Position numbers and translations under genes: made by a program
Notes under the pieces: model-generated
The model's database searches: none
Seen by the model: the letters and a program-made list of their open reading frames with translations, nothing else
What the model was told of the DNA's origin: nothing
Shown: piece by piece, positions 50,291 through 60,001 of the stretch
Layout: the number at the start of each line of letters is the position of its first letter
Numbering within the stretch: the first letter of the stretch is position 1
DNA from: a virus
Direction: 5' to 3' (one strand)
DNA: 64,000 bases
UHGV virus genome: UHGV-0229283

Positions 50291-53200
50291 ATGGCCTTAG
50301 AAACAATTAAAATTGCGGAGCTACCCTCTGCAACCCAAGTGGTCGGAGACGACTACCTTGTTGTAGAACAACCAGATAAGACCAAAAAGGCCACTGCCTT
50401 TCAGGTTATCTCAGACCTTGACTTGGCAAATAAATCATCCTTGACAGGACCTGGTGGGGCTGGTATTATCGGCACAGAGGATGGAGAGGGAGTTCAGAAA
50501 AGTCTTGATATCGATCGCGCAAATACAAGAGAACTTTGGAGAAGAGCACTGCACGACCTTGGTTTGACACTTGTGGATGGTTCTTTTGAGGAAGGGGCGA
50601 CCCTTACCTACACAACCGATGCTATTTGGCATATGGCTGGAGCACAATGTTACACTTGGTCGGGTACTTTTCCAAAATCTGTGCCTGCTGGGTTAACACC
50701 ATCCACTACAGGATCTGGATGGATTACGGTTGGCGGACTAAGTCTGCTAGATGAAGTAACCGAGATCAAAAATGAAGCAGTTGAGGCAAAAGACCAAGCA
50801 GAGGATGCGAGAGATGAGGCTCAGGCATATGTATTGCAGGCCTCTGAGCTGGGAAACTTATATGCCTCTGTTAGTGAAGGTCTTGCTGCAACTACGGATG
50901 GGCAATATTTCCAAGTCCCTCAGGGAAGTGGTAGTTCTGTAGCGTTCAAAGTTTACAAGAATAATGCAGGGGTTGCTCAAGAAGTTGCGGCTGTACCTAG
51001 TGCCGGGGCGATTATAAAGACTATCCGGGGATATGAAACATTAGAGGCAGCGCAGGCTGATGCGGACGCTGGAAATATTCTGGTTGGCTCTACTGCATTT
51101 TACCGTAGCACCGATGATAACGTGCTCTCTGTAGAGGTGATAAACGCCTCAGGAACGATGAAAGAAACGGGAGCAAGAATACCGTCGGAAGCAGGTGTTG
51201 AAAACAGAGTAAATAAATCTTATAGTGAGCTGGATGGTAAGATTAGTGGAACCAATGCTTTACTTGGAGAATTTTCCTCACTCCCGTTGACTTCCTTTAC
51301 AAGCATTACCGCGCCTGGTGACACTGTAGTCAATGTCGGTAAAGAATCCGTTTTACGCATTAACTCCCTGTCCGCTGCTGAAACGTCAAACGCCCGTAAC
51401 CAGAAAAATACTTTGAAAGTTACAGAGCTGCAAAGTGGTGTAACCACTGTTGTAGCTGAATTGCTTCCTGCGGAATATTTCGCTGACAACGTTCTGAATT
51501 CACCTTATCACTCAGTACAGTTGGCAAAAATAAGACCTGCAACCGTGCTGCTTGATGAGACAAAATCAGTTGCCAGAGCGATATTCACCAACGTAGCACT
51601 TATTAATACTTACAGCTCGATCACTTCTTATGCTGTTATTGATAAGTCTGGTGCATTTATTTCAGCGGCACCTGGTGAATATGGAACTGACGGCAACTAC
51701 TGCGCATTATATGGTAGTAGTACCCCGAGCGAAACGGCGATTGCGTTGACATTCCCGTATTCTGCTATCACTGGGGCCGGGTACGACCTTACAGAGGAAG
51801 GGGTGAAATCCTACTTCTATGATTCTTTTGATGATGTCAATCTGTATTACAGAAGTACAGATGTTTCACAATATAAAACAACTTTCCTGGCAAAATTAGG
51901 TGCTGAACCTGTAACCATTTCTGTAAATGCGTATCTGACTATTGATGCAGATATCCTTTATTACAATGGGATCTCTCGTTTAGAGTCCGATAACAATCCA
52001 TTTACTCGTTTTGTTACGGATGCAGCAAATGACACCTCAGTTGACTATAGTGGACTTATTGAATTAAAAGTAAGTTTCCCTGAAGGCTTGGTTTATGGTC
52101 ATAACTGCATTAAGGTATCTGATTCAGATGGAAATGTGTTCGATGCTCAGTTCTCTGCTGATGACTTCGTTAACCTTCGCTTTCAGTCAAATGAAGGTTA
52201 TCACCCTGATGGATCGTTCAAAACTGGCTCAGTGTGGATCGTTGACTCTGTAGCAGCAGGTCAAAAGAAATATTATAACGTTGATATTTATGGTTATCGT
52301 TACGACGATACTGTTTATACAGAGGGGCTTGAATATTATGCACCTACTGATGCCTTGAAGCGTTATAACATTAAAGTAGGCGATTTGTATTATCGCTTTG
52401 CTTTTGCCGGTGGAGCTTATGGCCTTACATCCATTGATGCTGCTAAAAATGATGATACTAACCGTATCAGATGCACACTTAGCCCACAGCATCGCTATGT
52501 GAATGCAGGTGCTCAGGTTATCGAGTATTTCACCGATAACGTTACGCTGAAGGTCATCAATTCCGGTCCACTTTTTACCGAGGTTGAACGTATTGGTTAC
52601 AATGCTGCCAGTGCCATTTATGAGGCTGGTATTCTTAAAGCCACTACACGGTATCGTATCTTTAAGAACGGTGTGGTCATCGTTAAGAATACGGTTACAG
52701 CGCTTCAGGAAATCCCTGTTGGTAAAATGTATGGCGAAACCATTAGCTCAAATATTGCATATCAGTCCGGGACAACCCCTGTCTATGCAGGATCAGCAGC
52801 AGCAGCGATTACCAATGGTAATACTGCTGGTGGTGGTAAATTCTCTTATGTACCTACCATTGTAAATGGTGACTTACATAGGGATGGTACAGCTGGGGGG
52901 CCAACAAGAACTGCTGGTATATCCATGACCAATAATTCACAGACTTTGACACTAGGTGTCACAACTGGGTGGCAATTCTACTCCTTTACTGACTACTCTT
53001 TACTGAACTGGCCAGTAGAGAAAAACTGGACGTGGCCAATCGAGATTTGGCTGAATGCCAATGAAACAGAAACTGATCCACTGGCACTTGCGAAGAAAGT
53101 TTATAACCGTCCTGTTGGTTTTGCTCGTGAGGGTAAACTTCCAAACTTTGCAGTTAAAGAAGCAGAGCGTAAACTTCGTGAATTGCTTGAAGGTGTGGCT

Positions 53201-54220
53201 GACTTCTGGATGAATGGTGATTCAGCCGGGATCGGTGGTATGGATGTGAATGCTGGACAGTATGATGCGAAGACCCCGTGGGGATATCTTGCGTATCGTG
53301 AACTGCAAAAGCCGTCTCCTAATATTTCGGCAGTATGGGCAAGATTTAAACGGTGCTGGGATGATAACTGGCGTAGCACAAATATCGGAACGCGATATTT
53401 AGAAGGTGTACTGCATGTCGCTGATTTAGTGGCCACTGTATTCAAGCCTTGTGTTTCTATATATCGTGCGGCAGAGTTCGTGGGTGACACTACAACGATG
53501 ACAGCCATGCAACCGTATATTAAATCTTGGGCTGATGCGATGGTGACGGCAGTCGCAGCAAAAGGGGGTGTGCCAAATACGTATACGTCAGCTTCTGTCA
53601 GTGATGCAGTAAACATCAACATATACAGTATGATGCTTGTAGCACTAGCAATTCACGCTGAAATGGACACTGATGGTTCATACCAGTCATGCTATAACAC
53701 AGTGATGACTAACTTGACTAATAGCAGTACCGTTGGTCGTTATCTGCCATCTATGTTGGATTCAATGCCAGTTAGTACGTCATTGGCTCGTAGCCGTTGG
53801 TACAACTACGATATAGATTTGGCACCTGAATATCTCATGATGACAGAGCTGCTCGGTGGGACTCCCTTGTTTAACAATGTTAACTACGGACTCCAGGGTT
53901 TGTGTGGTGATGGGCGCATTCGCACCATTGACTTCATTCTTTCTGAAAGCCGTAGAGGTATCATCTCAACTCCAGTCAGTGTGGCGTTGACAATGATGCT
54001 GGTTCGCCGAGTATCTACCGGGAATGCCCTGCTTGCATGTATTCAGGCATACGATAAGGACTTCTTGGCTAATCCTTATTCATCAGGACGTTTCTATGAC
54101 CACTCTCCACGTCTTGCGACGGGTATGCCAACAACTGTCTCAAGCCATAACAGAGTGATGATTGAGATGCTGTCGTCTTACTTTGTGCATCAGATAGTGA
54201 GAGGGAGGGTTATATCGTAA
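50291..54220 (+). CDS. large tail fibre/tailspike receptor-binding protein 2
   Basis: 1309 aa; N-terminus IKIAELPSATQVVGDDYLVVEQPDKTKKATAFQV homologous to 47863 ORF N-terminus; followed by a terminator. Confidence 0.5.
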   Translation: MALETIKIAELPSATQVVGDDYLVVEQPDKTKKATAFQVISDLDLANKSSLTGPGGAGIIGTEDGEGVQKSLDIDRANTRELWRRALHDLGLTLVDGSFEEGATLTYTTDAIWHMAGAQCYTWSGTFPKSVPAGLTPSTTGSGWITVGGLSLLDEVTEIKNEAVEAKDQAEDARDEAQAYVLQASELGNLYASVSEGLAATTDGQYFQVPQGSGSSVAFKVYKNNAGVAQEVAAVPSAGAIIKTIRGYETLEAAQADADAGNILVGSTAFYRSTDDNVLSVEVINASGTMKETGARIPSEAGVENRVNKSYSELDGKISGTNALLGEFSSLPLTSFTSITAPGDTVVNVGKESVLRINSLSAAETSNARNQKNTLKVTELQSGVTTVVAELLPAEYFADNVLNSPYHSVQLAKIRPATVLLDETKSVARAIFTNVALINTYSSITSYAVIDKSGAFISAAPGEYGTDGNYCALYGSSTPSETAIALTFPYSAITGAGYDLTEEGVKSYFYDSFDDVNLYYRSTDVSQYKTTFLAKLGAEPVTISVNAYLTIDADILYYNGISRLESDNNPFTRFVTDAANDTSVDYSGLIELKVSFPEGLVYGHNCIKVSDSDGNVFDAQFSADDFVNLRFQSNEGYHPDGSFKTGSVWIVDSVAAGQKKYYNVDIYGYRYDDTVYTEGLEYYAPTDALKRYNIKVGDLYYRFAFAGGAYGLTSIDAAKNDDTNRIRCTLSPQHRYVNAGAQVIEYFTDNVTLKVINSGPLFTEVERIGYNAASAIYEAGILKATTRYRIFKNGVVIVKNTVTALQEIPVGKMYGETISSNIAYQSGTTPVYAGSAAAAITNGNTAGGGKFSYVPTIVNGDLHRDGTAGGPTRTAGISMTNNSQTLTLGVTTGWQFYSFTDYSLLNWPVEKNWTWPIEIWLNANETETDPLALAKKVYNRPVGFAREGKLPNFAVKEAERKLRELLEGVADFWMNGDSAGIGGMDVNAGQYDAKTPWGYLAYRELQKPSPNISAVWARFKRCWDDNWRSTNIGTRYLEGVLHVADLVATVFKPCVSIYRAAEFVGDTTTMTAMQPYIKSWADAMVTAVAAKGGVPNTYTSASVSDAVNINIYSMMLVALAIHAEMDTDGSYQSCYNTVMTNLTNSSTVGRYLPSMLDSMPVSTSLARSRWYNYDIDLAPEYLMMTELLGGTPLFNNVNYGLQGLCGDGRIRTIDFILSESRRGIISTPVSVALTMMLVRRVSTGNALLACIQAYDKDFLANPYSSGRFYDHSPRLATGMPTTVSSHNRVMIEMLSSYFVHQIVRGRVIS

Positions 54221-54235
54221 ATGTTTTTTTTTCAA

Positions 54236-54256
54236 GGGGCAGAGATGCCCCTTTTA
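54236..54256 (+). terminator. rho-independent terminator
   Basis: GGGGCA-GAGA-TGCCCC followed by TTTT, preceded by a T9 run. Confidence 0.55.
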
Positions 54257-54302
54257 CGCCCCGCCTACTAACACTTCTTGGGAGTGATTTGGAGATTGAA
54301 AA

Positions 54303-55130
54303 ATGGCCACTACTGATATACCAATCATTAAGATAAAAAACCTTAATGATAAAGAATTAGTTTCCGAAACGGATGAGATAATAATCCAATCATCTTTGGA
54401 CACAGAGAAAACAACTATACGAAAATTTATTACAGACATCGGCATCCTGAAAAGGGGTGAGGTGACTGGGATCACCGGTGCATCTCTTATCGGAACCCAC
54501 TCAGGGGCCACTGTCCAGCAAGTTTTGGACAGTCTTTCTAATAGTTGGCAGAATTTATACTATTTCTCCACCACCGGGAATGAGATTGGGTCACATGTTG
54601 ACACCATCTCTATAAGTCCTGTGCAAAGAACTTATGGAGTTCAGATATCAACTCCTTCAGCATCCTTTTCTCCCAAGACAGATAATGTACTGTCCAACGG
54701 TACAACATCCCTGCGTTGGAGTCAAGTGTATGCAGTTAACAGTGTGATCTCCACCTCAAATAAAAAGAAGAAAACAAATCTTCGACAAATTACACCTACA
54801 GAAGCAAAAGCTTTTTATGAAATTGGGAAGCTAGACTCTGTATGGCAATGGTTGTCTAAGTATTCTTCTGAGAAGGGTGCTGCCAGGCTTCACTCAGGAC
54901 CTACTGTGCAGGATGCTATTAAGGTCATGCTCAAGTACGGTCTTGATTGGACAAAGTATTCAGCTTTCTGCTACGATAGCTGGGAGGCGAATGGGAATAC
55001 CCCGGCAGGTGAGGAGTTCGCTTTTAGAAAAGAAGAGCTTTTATTTTGGATACTTAGAGCAACCATTGTAATTCAGGAGGACTTGGACAAGCGCCTTTCA
55101 GTCTTGGAAGATTCTTTGTCCGGCAACTAA
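54303..55130 (+). CDS. tail fibre/receptor-binding protein 3 (short)
   Basis: N-terminus IIKIKNLNDKELVSETDEIIIQSSLDTEKTTIRKFI resembles the shared anchor domain; terminator follows. Confidence 0.4.
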   Translation: MATTDIPIIKIKNLNDKELVSETDEIIIQSSLDTEKTTIRKFITDIGILKRGEVTGITGASLIGTHSGATVQQVLDSLSNSWQNLYYFSTTGNEIGSHVDTISISPVQRTYGVQISTPSASFSPKTDNVLSNGTTSLRWSQVYAVNSVISTSNKKKKTNLRQITPTEAKAFYEIGKLDSVWQWLSKYSSEKGAARLHSGPTVQDAIKVMLKYGLDWTKYSAFCYDSWEANGNTPAGEEFAFRKEELLFWILRATIVIQEDLDKRLSVLEDSLSGN

Positions 55131-55153
55131 CCACCCTCCGGGGTGGTTTTTTC
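55131..55153 (+). terminator. rho-independent terminator
   Basis: CCACCC-TCCG-GGGTGG followed by TTTTTTC. Confidence 0.65.
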
Positions 55154-55240
55154 ATTTATGCCCTTCCTCCGTTTATTTGCAAAACACTGTCACGTATGGT
55201 AAAATATACAAAAGAATCATGGTCCTGAAAGGAGGACGAA

Positions 55241-56734
55241 TTGGCAACTCAATATGGATTGAGCGATTACGGTTTCACTATCCCCTCTCTTGATGACCTT
55301 ATCGCAGACACAAAACAGACCCTTATCAGAACTTTTGGTGAAAATTTCAACACACAAGCTAACACAATTGCTGACAAGTTGACAACAATTTTTAACGAAA
55401 GGGAATACCAGATTATCCTTCTGGCAGCTTCCGTCTATTCTGCTCAGACCCTTGCGGGGGCTGAGGGTATTTATCTTGACGAACTTCTTTCCCGAAGGGG
55501 TGTTTATCGTCGAGGAAAGACAAAAAGTTCAGGTTCTGTTGAGATGGCAGTTAACAACACTGTCCCTTACAACATGGTATATGCCCAAAACACATATACA
55601 CTTGATAGTGGTACATTTGTATTAAATGACGACACCGCCCTTGCTGGTAACATACTGGCACAAAAAATTCTCAATAAGGACTGGGTTGTAGGCACTTATA
55701 GTTTCCAGATCAATAATCAAAACACCGGAACAACAAGTCAAACAACCATTCAACTGACCAATAAAACCCCTAATAGCTCTCAGCTTAACACTTTCATGGC
55801 ATCTGTCAAGAGCTTTATTGTCAACAATACCTCCGAGCTTAATAATGATAGAATCATCATTGACTCTCAAAACGGGGCATTGTACATTGGGTATGATACT
55901 AATCTTGAAATGATCGGCCTTAATAGCCGTGTTGATTTCAGAACATCGCCGATTGTTGGTGAGCGTACAATCACAATGGATGTTGTTGCTGTCGAGGCAG
56001 GTGAACTGTCGCGAGAGAAAAATACAGTAACTTCGATCTCCCCAACCCCTAGTGGGTTCGTCAGCCTTAACAACATGAATGCCTTCACGGAGGGCACAGA
56101 TGTTGAGACCGACACCGAATACAAGGTCAGGGCTTCTAACACAACAGCATCGAGTGCTGCTGCGACCAGACCTGCGGTGGTGAGTGCTGTCCTTGGCGTG
56201 AGTGGTGTAAGTAAGGTTAAAATCTTCTCAAATAACACAGGGGTTACAGACCAGAACGGGATACCCCCGTACAAGTTTGAGACAGTGGTGTATGGTGGGT
56301 CTACTGAGGACATCAGTAAGGCACTTTATAATTCAATTGCTTTGTCTAACGCTACCTATGGTAATGTTTTTTATGATGTCCCCACTGAGGATAATCAGAC
56401 AGAACGAATTTATCACAGCAAGGCACAGGCAAGGGATTTGGCTATCCGTGTCCGTTATAAGGGAAAGGTCCTCTCAACCACTGAACAGGATACTATAAAG
56501 TCCGCTCTCAAAGGGGTTATTGACCCGCTTAACATTGCTGACACCTTATACAACATCCAGCTTGTATCTGCTGTAGGTTCTTCTATCTCTGCGGGTAGAT
56601 TTACACAACTTTATGTGGATGTCAAGAACGTCGGGGATCCTGATACTTCTTATACAACCTCTGATGTTGTTGCAGGGATGGATGAAGTATTCTCTATCGA
56701 TACTGATAATATAACATTCCTACAGATAATCTAA
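55241..56734 (+). CDS. baseplate wedge protein (gpJ/gp6-like)
   Basis: 497-aa ORF in the baseplate-wedge block preceding fibre genes. Confidence 0.4.
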   Translation: MATQYGLSDYGFTIPSLDDLIADTKQTLIRTFGENFNTQANTIADKLTTIFNEREYQIILLAASVYSAQTLAGAEGIYLDELLSRRGVYRRGKTKSSGSVEMAVNNTVPYNMVYAQNTYTLDSGTFVLNDDTALAGNILAQKILNKDWVVGTYSFQINNQNTGTTSQTTIQLTNKTPNSSQLNTFMASVKSFIVNNTSELNNDRIIIDSQNGALYIGYDTNLEMIGLNSRVDFRTSPIVGERTITMDVVAVEAGELSREKNTVTSISPTPSGFVSLNNMNAFTEGTDVETDTEYKVRASNTTASSAAATRPAVVSAVLGVSGVSKVKIFSNNTGVTDQNGIPPYKFETVVYGGSTEDISKALYNSIALSNATYGNVFYDVPTEDNQTERIYHSKAQARDLAIRVRYKGKVLSTTEQDTIKSALKGVIDPLNIADTLYNIQLVSAVGSSISAGRFTQLYVDVKNVGDPDTSYTTSDVVAGMDEVFSIDTDNITFLQII

Positions 56735-56742
56735 GAGGGATT

Positions 56743-57372
56743 ATGGCAGATACAGTAAAAGATGTCAACCACATCCATCCCTTGGATAATTTCGTTTCAG
56801 ACGGTATCGACTACCTGCCTGGGGATTTTTTACGAGAAAAAGAAAACCTTGTAAAATTTTTATCCGTGTATTTGGAACGAATGAAGGCTGTAGATGAGAT
56901 GATGGTCAATCTTGCAGAAGGGCGTCTCCTCCAGAATGCTGGGGGGGTAAACTTGGATGAGATTGGTGCTCAAGTAGGGATTGACAGAAATGGCTTGAGT
57001 GATATGAATTATCGTGCCATTATCACAATCCTTCTCTCAAGCACAGCTAAACACGGGACCAGACCTGAGGTAATTGGTACGCTGAAGCAACTCTTCGGGG
57101 CAGAGAATTTTACCACTTACAAAGGTGATAATTATCGTTTTGATATCAATATATTTAATAGCTGTTTCGAGATAGAAACCGCTATACAAGAAATAAAAGA
57201 TATGCTCCCTATGCCTACGTACCTTCGACTGGTAAAATCAGAAGGACTACCTTTTGGGTTTAAAAACGATTCCTATGCAATTGGTTTTGGGTCTGTAAGC
57301 ACATCGCGAACAGGGCCTGGTGGCCTATCCAGTCTTATCTATACCTCCGAAGAAGAGAACACACTATTATAA
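56743..57372 (+). CDS. baseplate protein (gpI-like)
   Basis: 209-aa ORF following the J-like gene. Confidence 0.3.
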   Translation: MADTVKDVNHIHPLDNFVSDGIDYLPGDFLREKENLVKFLSVYLERMKAVDEMMVNLAEGRLLQNAGGVNLDEIGAQVGIDRNGLSDMNYRAIITILLSSTAKHGTRPEVIGTLKQLFGAENFTTYKGDNYRFDINIFNSCFEIETAIQEIKDMLPMPTYLRLVKSEGLPFGFKNDSYAIGFGSVSTSRTGPGGLSSLIYTSEEENTLL

Positions 57373-57381
57373 GGGAGAATC

Positions 57382-58428
57382 ATGGCAATTCCTACTATTC
57401 CTCTTCAGATATGGGCTGAAAGTGACGTCGTGTTACCTAATGCTCACACTGCAAATAAAATCTCCCCTATCGCTGATCTTTGGGATAAGGGTTGGGATTT
57501 GGGTGAGAAGCCCGCTTGTGAAGAACTTAACTATGTTCTTAACATGATGACCTGGTGGATGACGTACATCTCAGAAGAGCAGATCCCAGGACTCTCTAAT
57601 GATTATCTGAGAAAAGATCAAAACCTTAGCGATGTATCTGATATCCCAACGGCAAGAAGCACTCTGGATGTTTACAGCAAGGGGGAAAGTGATACCCGGT
57701 ATGTAAATGCTTCTGGTGATACAATGACTGGCGCGCTAACAGTACCCAGAATAACATTCCCCTCTGATTCTAGCGATACTGCTCATATCACCACCACAAC
57801 GGGTACGGATCAAGTCTATTTAGACTTCGTTATTGGTGATAATGTAGGAACAGCGGGGCAACCAACTGTAGATGTCATGAGGTTCCGCTTTGTTCCTGTA
57901 AACAACTCTGGTACAGTTTCACCATTCAACATGATGGAACTGAATGCAACGTCTAATGGCGTGGCGCTGCTAAAGGTGCAAGGGAATATTACGGCAACAG
58001 GAACTACCACGACAGGTACAGTTTCTTCCACAACCATTAATAATGGTGGTAATATCCAGACAACCAGCCTTGGTGTTGGTGGTACAGCTACGTTACAAAA
58101 CCTCGTAGTAAACTCCAACAACGCAACAATTGGTGGAAGATCCGTTGTTCGTGCAGTAAATAGTACCGCTGCAAACGCCAATGGTGACGTTTCCATCAGT
58201 ATTGGTGTTTCTGACATTCGCTGGAGCGGGGAGCAAAACAAAGTTCAAGTTGACTTTGAAAATTATGGTTCAAGCGGACGTTTGGCGCGTGGACCTGACG
58301 GTTCTGTATTGACTGGTCTGATTGATGCAAACGCCAGTGGAGACCTTTATCTGCACGATATTGATGAGATAAGATTCCGATTTTTACAGAAAGCTCTTGA
58401 TGGCATTTGGTATACAGTGGGGCTTTAA
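57382..58428 (+). CDS. tail fibre protein
   Basis: Motif KGESDTRYVNASGDTMTGALT (D.RYV...GDTMTG.L), a conserved tail-fibre signature. Confidence 0.55.
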   Translation: MAIPTIPLQIWAESDVVLPNAHTANKISPIADLWDKGWDLGEKPACEELNYVLNMMTWWMTYISEEQIPGLSNDYLRKDQNLSDVSDIPTARSTLDVYSKGESDTRYVNASGDTMTGALTVPRITFPSDSSDTAHITTTTGTDQVYLDFVIGDNVGTAGQPTVDVMRFRFVPVNNSGTVSPFNMMELNATSNGVALLKVQGNITATGTTTTGTVSSTTINNGGNIQTTSLGVGGTATLQNLVVNSNNATIGGRSVVRAVNSTAANANGDVSISIGVSDIRWSGEQNKVQVDFENYGSSGRLARGPDGSVLTGLIDANASGDLYLHDIDEIRFRFLQKALDGIWYTVGL

Positions 58429-58907
58429 TGAAAATAACTGATATGAAATGGGTTAGATATTCTCCAGAAAAGGTTGCAGTTCCTGGTGCCTTATATCTAA
58501 AAGATGAGAAAGGCCAAGATTGGTACGATTTCGTATCTCAACTGAAAGAAATACAAAAAGGCCTATATATTCAATACGATTCTAACGGCCAGGTCTATAT
58601 GGTAGATACTGACCCAACTAAATTCTTCCCCGAAGATTGTTACTTTCGTTTTGTAGATTCTCTTCCAAGTGATTTCTCTAATAGAACTCATATCTTTAAC
58701 GGTGAAGAGTTCGAAAAAGTTGATTGGATGGAAGACAGAATATTTGAAAATAAGAAACAAGGACTTTTCCAAAGGGCCGCGATACTGCTATCAACTTATG
58801 CTGCACTGGGTGAAGAAGATAAGGTTGAGACAATGAAGAAATATATCATCGATCTCAGAGGATGGACCAAGGGAGACCCTCAACCAGAGCTTCCGCAGAC
58901 AGCCTAA
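58428..58907 (+). CDS. tail fibre assembly chaperone-like protein
   Basis: TAATG-coupled directly behind the tail-fibre gene; start moved to ATG 58428. Confidence 0.45.
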   Translation: MKITDMKWVRYSPEKVAVPGALYLKDEKGQDWYDFVSQLKEIQKGLYIQYDSNGQVYMVDTDPTKFFPEDCYFRFVDSLPSDFSNRTHIFNGEEFEKVDWMEDRIFENKKQGLFQRAAILLSTYAALGEEDKVETMKKYIIDLRGWTKGDPQPELPQTA

Positions 58908-58916
58908 GGGGGCACT

Positions 58917-59231
58917 ATGTCTATTGACCTGTTTGCTATCCTGAAGGCGGTCTGGGGGGTTATTACCTTTGTCCTGATCGGAGTCCTAAGAATAACGTAC
59001 TCGGATTACAAAAAGACTCAAGAGCGCCTTGATGAGCTTGACAAAGATATCATCCGTATAAGGGCCGAAATGGTCACTAAAGAAAAGCTGGATGATATCT
59101 TGGATAAAAAGTTAAAAGCGATTAGGGATGATGTTTCAGATCTTAGAAGAGATATCAAGGGAGATGTTGGTGATTTAAGAACAGATCTCACCAAACAGTT
59201 CCAGATGTTAATGGAGAGATCCGCAAAATGA
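58917..59231 (+). CDS. membrane protein with coiled coil
   Basis: N-terminal TM helix then Asp/Lys/Arg-rich coiled coil. Confidence 0.35.
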   Translation: MSIDLFAILKAVWGVITFVLIGVLRITYSDYKKTQERLDELDKDIIRIRAEMVTKEKLDDILDKKLKAIRDDVSDLRRDIKGDVGDLRTDLTKQFQMLMERSAK

Positions 59232-59701
59232 TAAGCTCAGTATTCTATTTCCTGTGCTTTATTATTTTGTTGTTTCATTCCGATAAAGGTATAAGGATCA
59301 TGTCTGTTCTTGGCATGGTCCATATCTTTCTTGAGAATACCCTTCTATGGTGGTTTTCTTCAAACACCCAGTTTTTCGATCTATCTCTTTACCTCAATCT
59401 TTGTTGGTTCCTGGATATCTCTTTTATCTTTGGTGCTGCGTGTATATTATCGGGATGGAAGAAAAAGCTAACACTCTCTGTAGCAGTACCAATTCTCTTC
59501 TGCCAGATAATATCCATGCAGTTTCCGTTAATAATCCCCGGACTCTTTGACTTTGTAATAAATTCTTCCTACCAAACTTGGATGGAAATTATCATACTTT
59601 GTGCAAATTTTAAAGACACGACGATAAAGGAATGGATAAAAACTGCAACTGTCATAAGCCTGTTGGTGCTTGCCAGGGCATTATCATTCTTCACTTATTG
59701 A
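59228..59701 (+). CDS. polytopic membrane protein (AT-rich moron)
   Basis: About 4 predicted TM helices; markedly AT-rich codon usage relative to flanking genes. Confidence 0.4.
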   Translation: MISSVFYFLCFIILLFHSDKGIRIMSVLGMVHIFLENTLLWWFSSNTQFFDLSLYLNLCWFLDISFIFGAACILSGWKKKLTLSVAVPILFCQIISMQFPLIIPGLFDFVINSSYQTWMEIIILCANFKDTTIKEWIKTATVISLLVLARALSFFTY

Positions 59702-59713
59702 CCCCCGAGGTAA

Positions 59714-59990
59714 AATGCCAACTCGAATAATGAAGTTCCTAAAGGACTTAGTCAGGTCCCCTATAGACCCTGATAAGGCCTCACATACCAAGTTTTGGAG
59801 CAATATAGGACTGGCATCCATGACGGCTGTTTTCCTGTACTGGGGATTTAAAGGGACCCTTACAGAATGGTACATGTGGGTATATGCACCTACTGTAGCA
59901 GCTCCACAACTTATAAGCAAGCTAATCTCACTTCGCTGGGGTTTAGCTATAAAGGCAGCGGAAGATGAAGATAAACAAGAAATTAAATAA
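59714..59990 (+). CDS. small membrane protein (holin-like)
   Basis: RBS GAGGT then ATG 59714; one to two hydrophobic helices, charged C-terminus. Confidence 0.3.
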
Positions 59991-60001
59991 GGAGACCTTA
60001 A

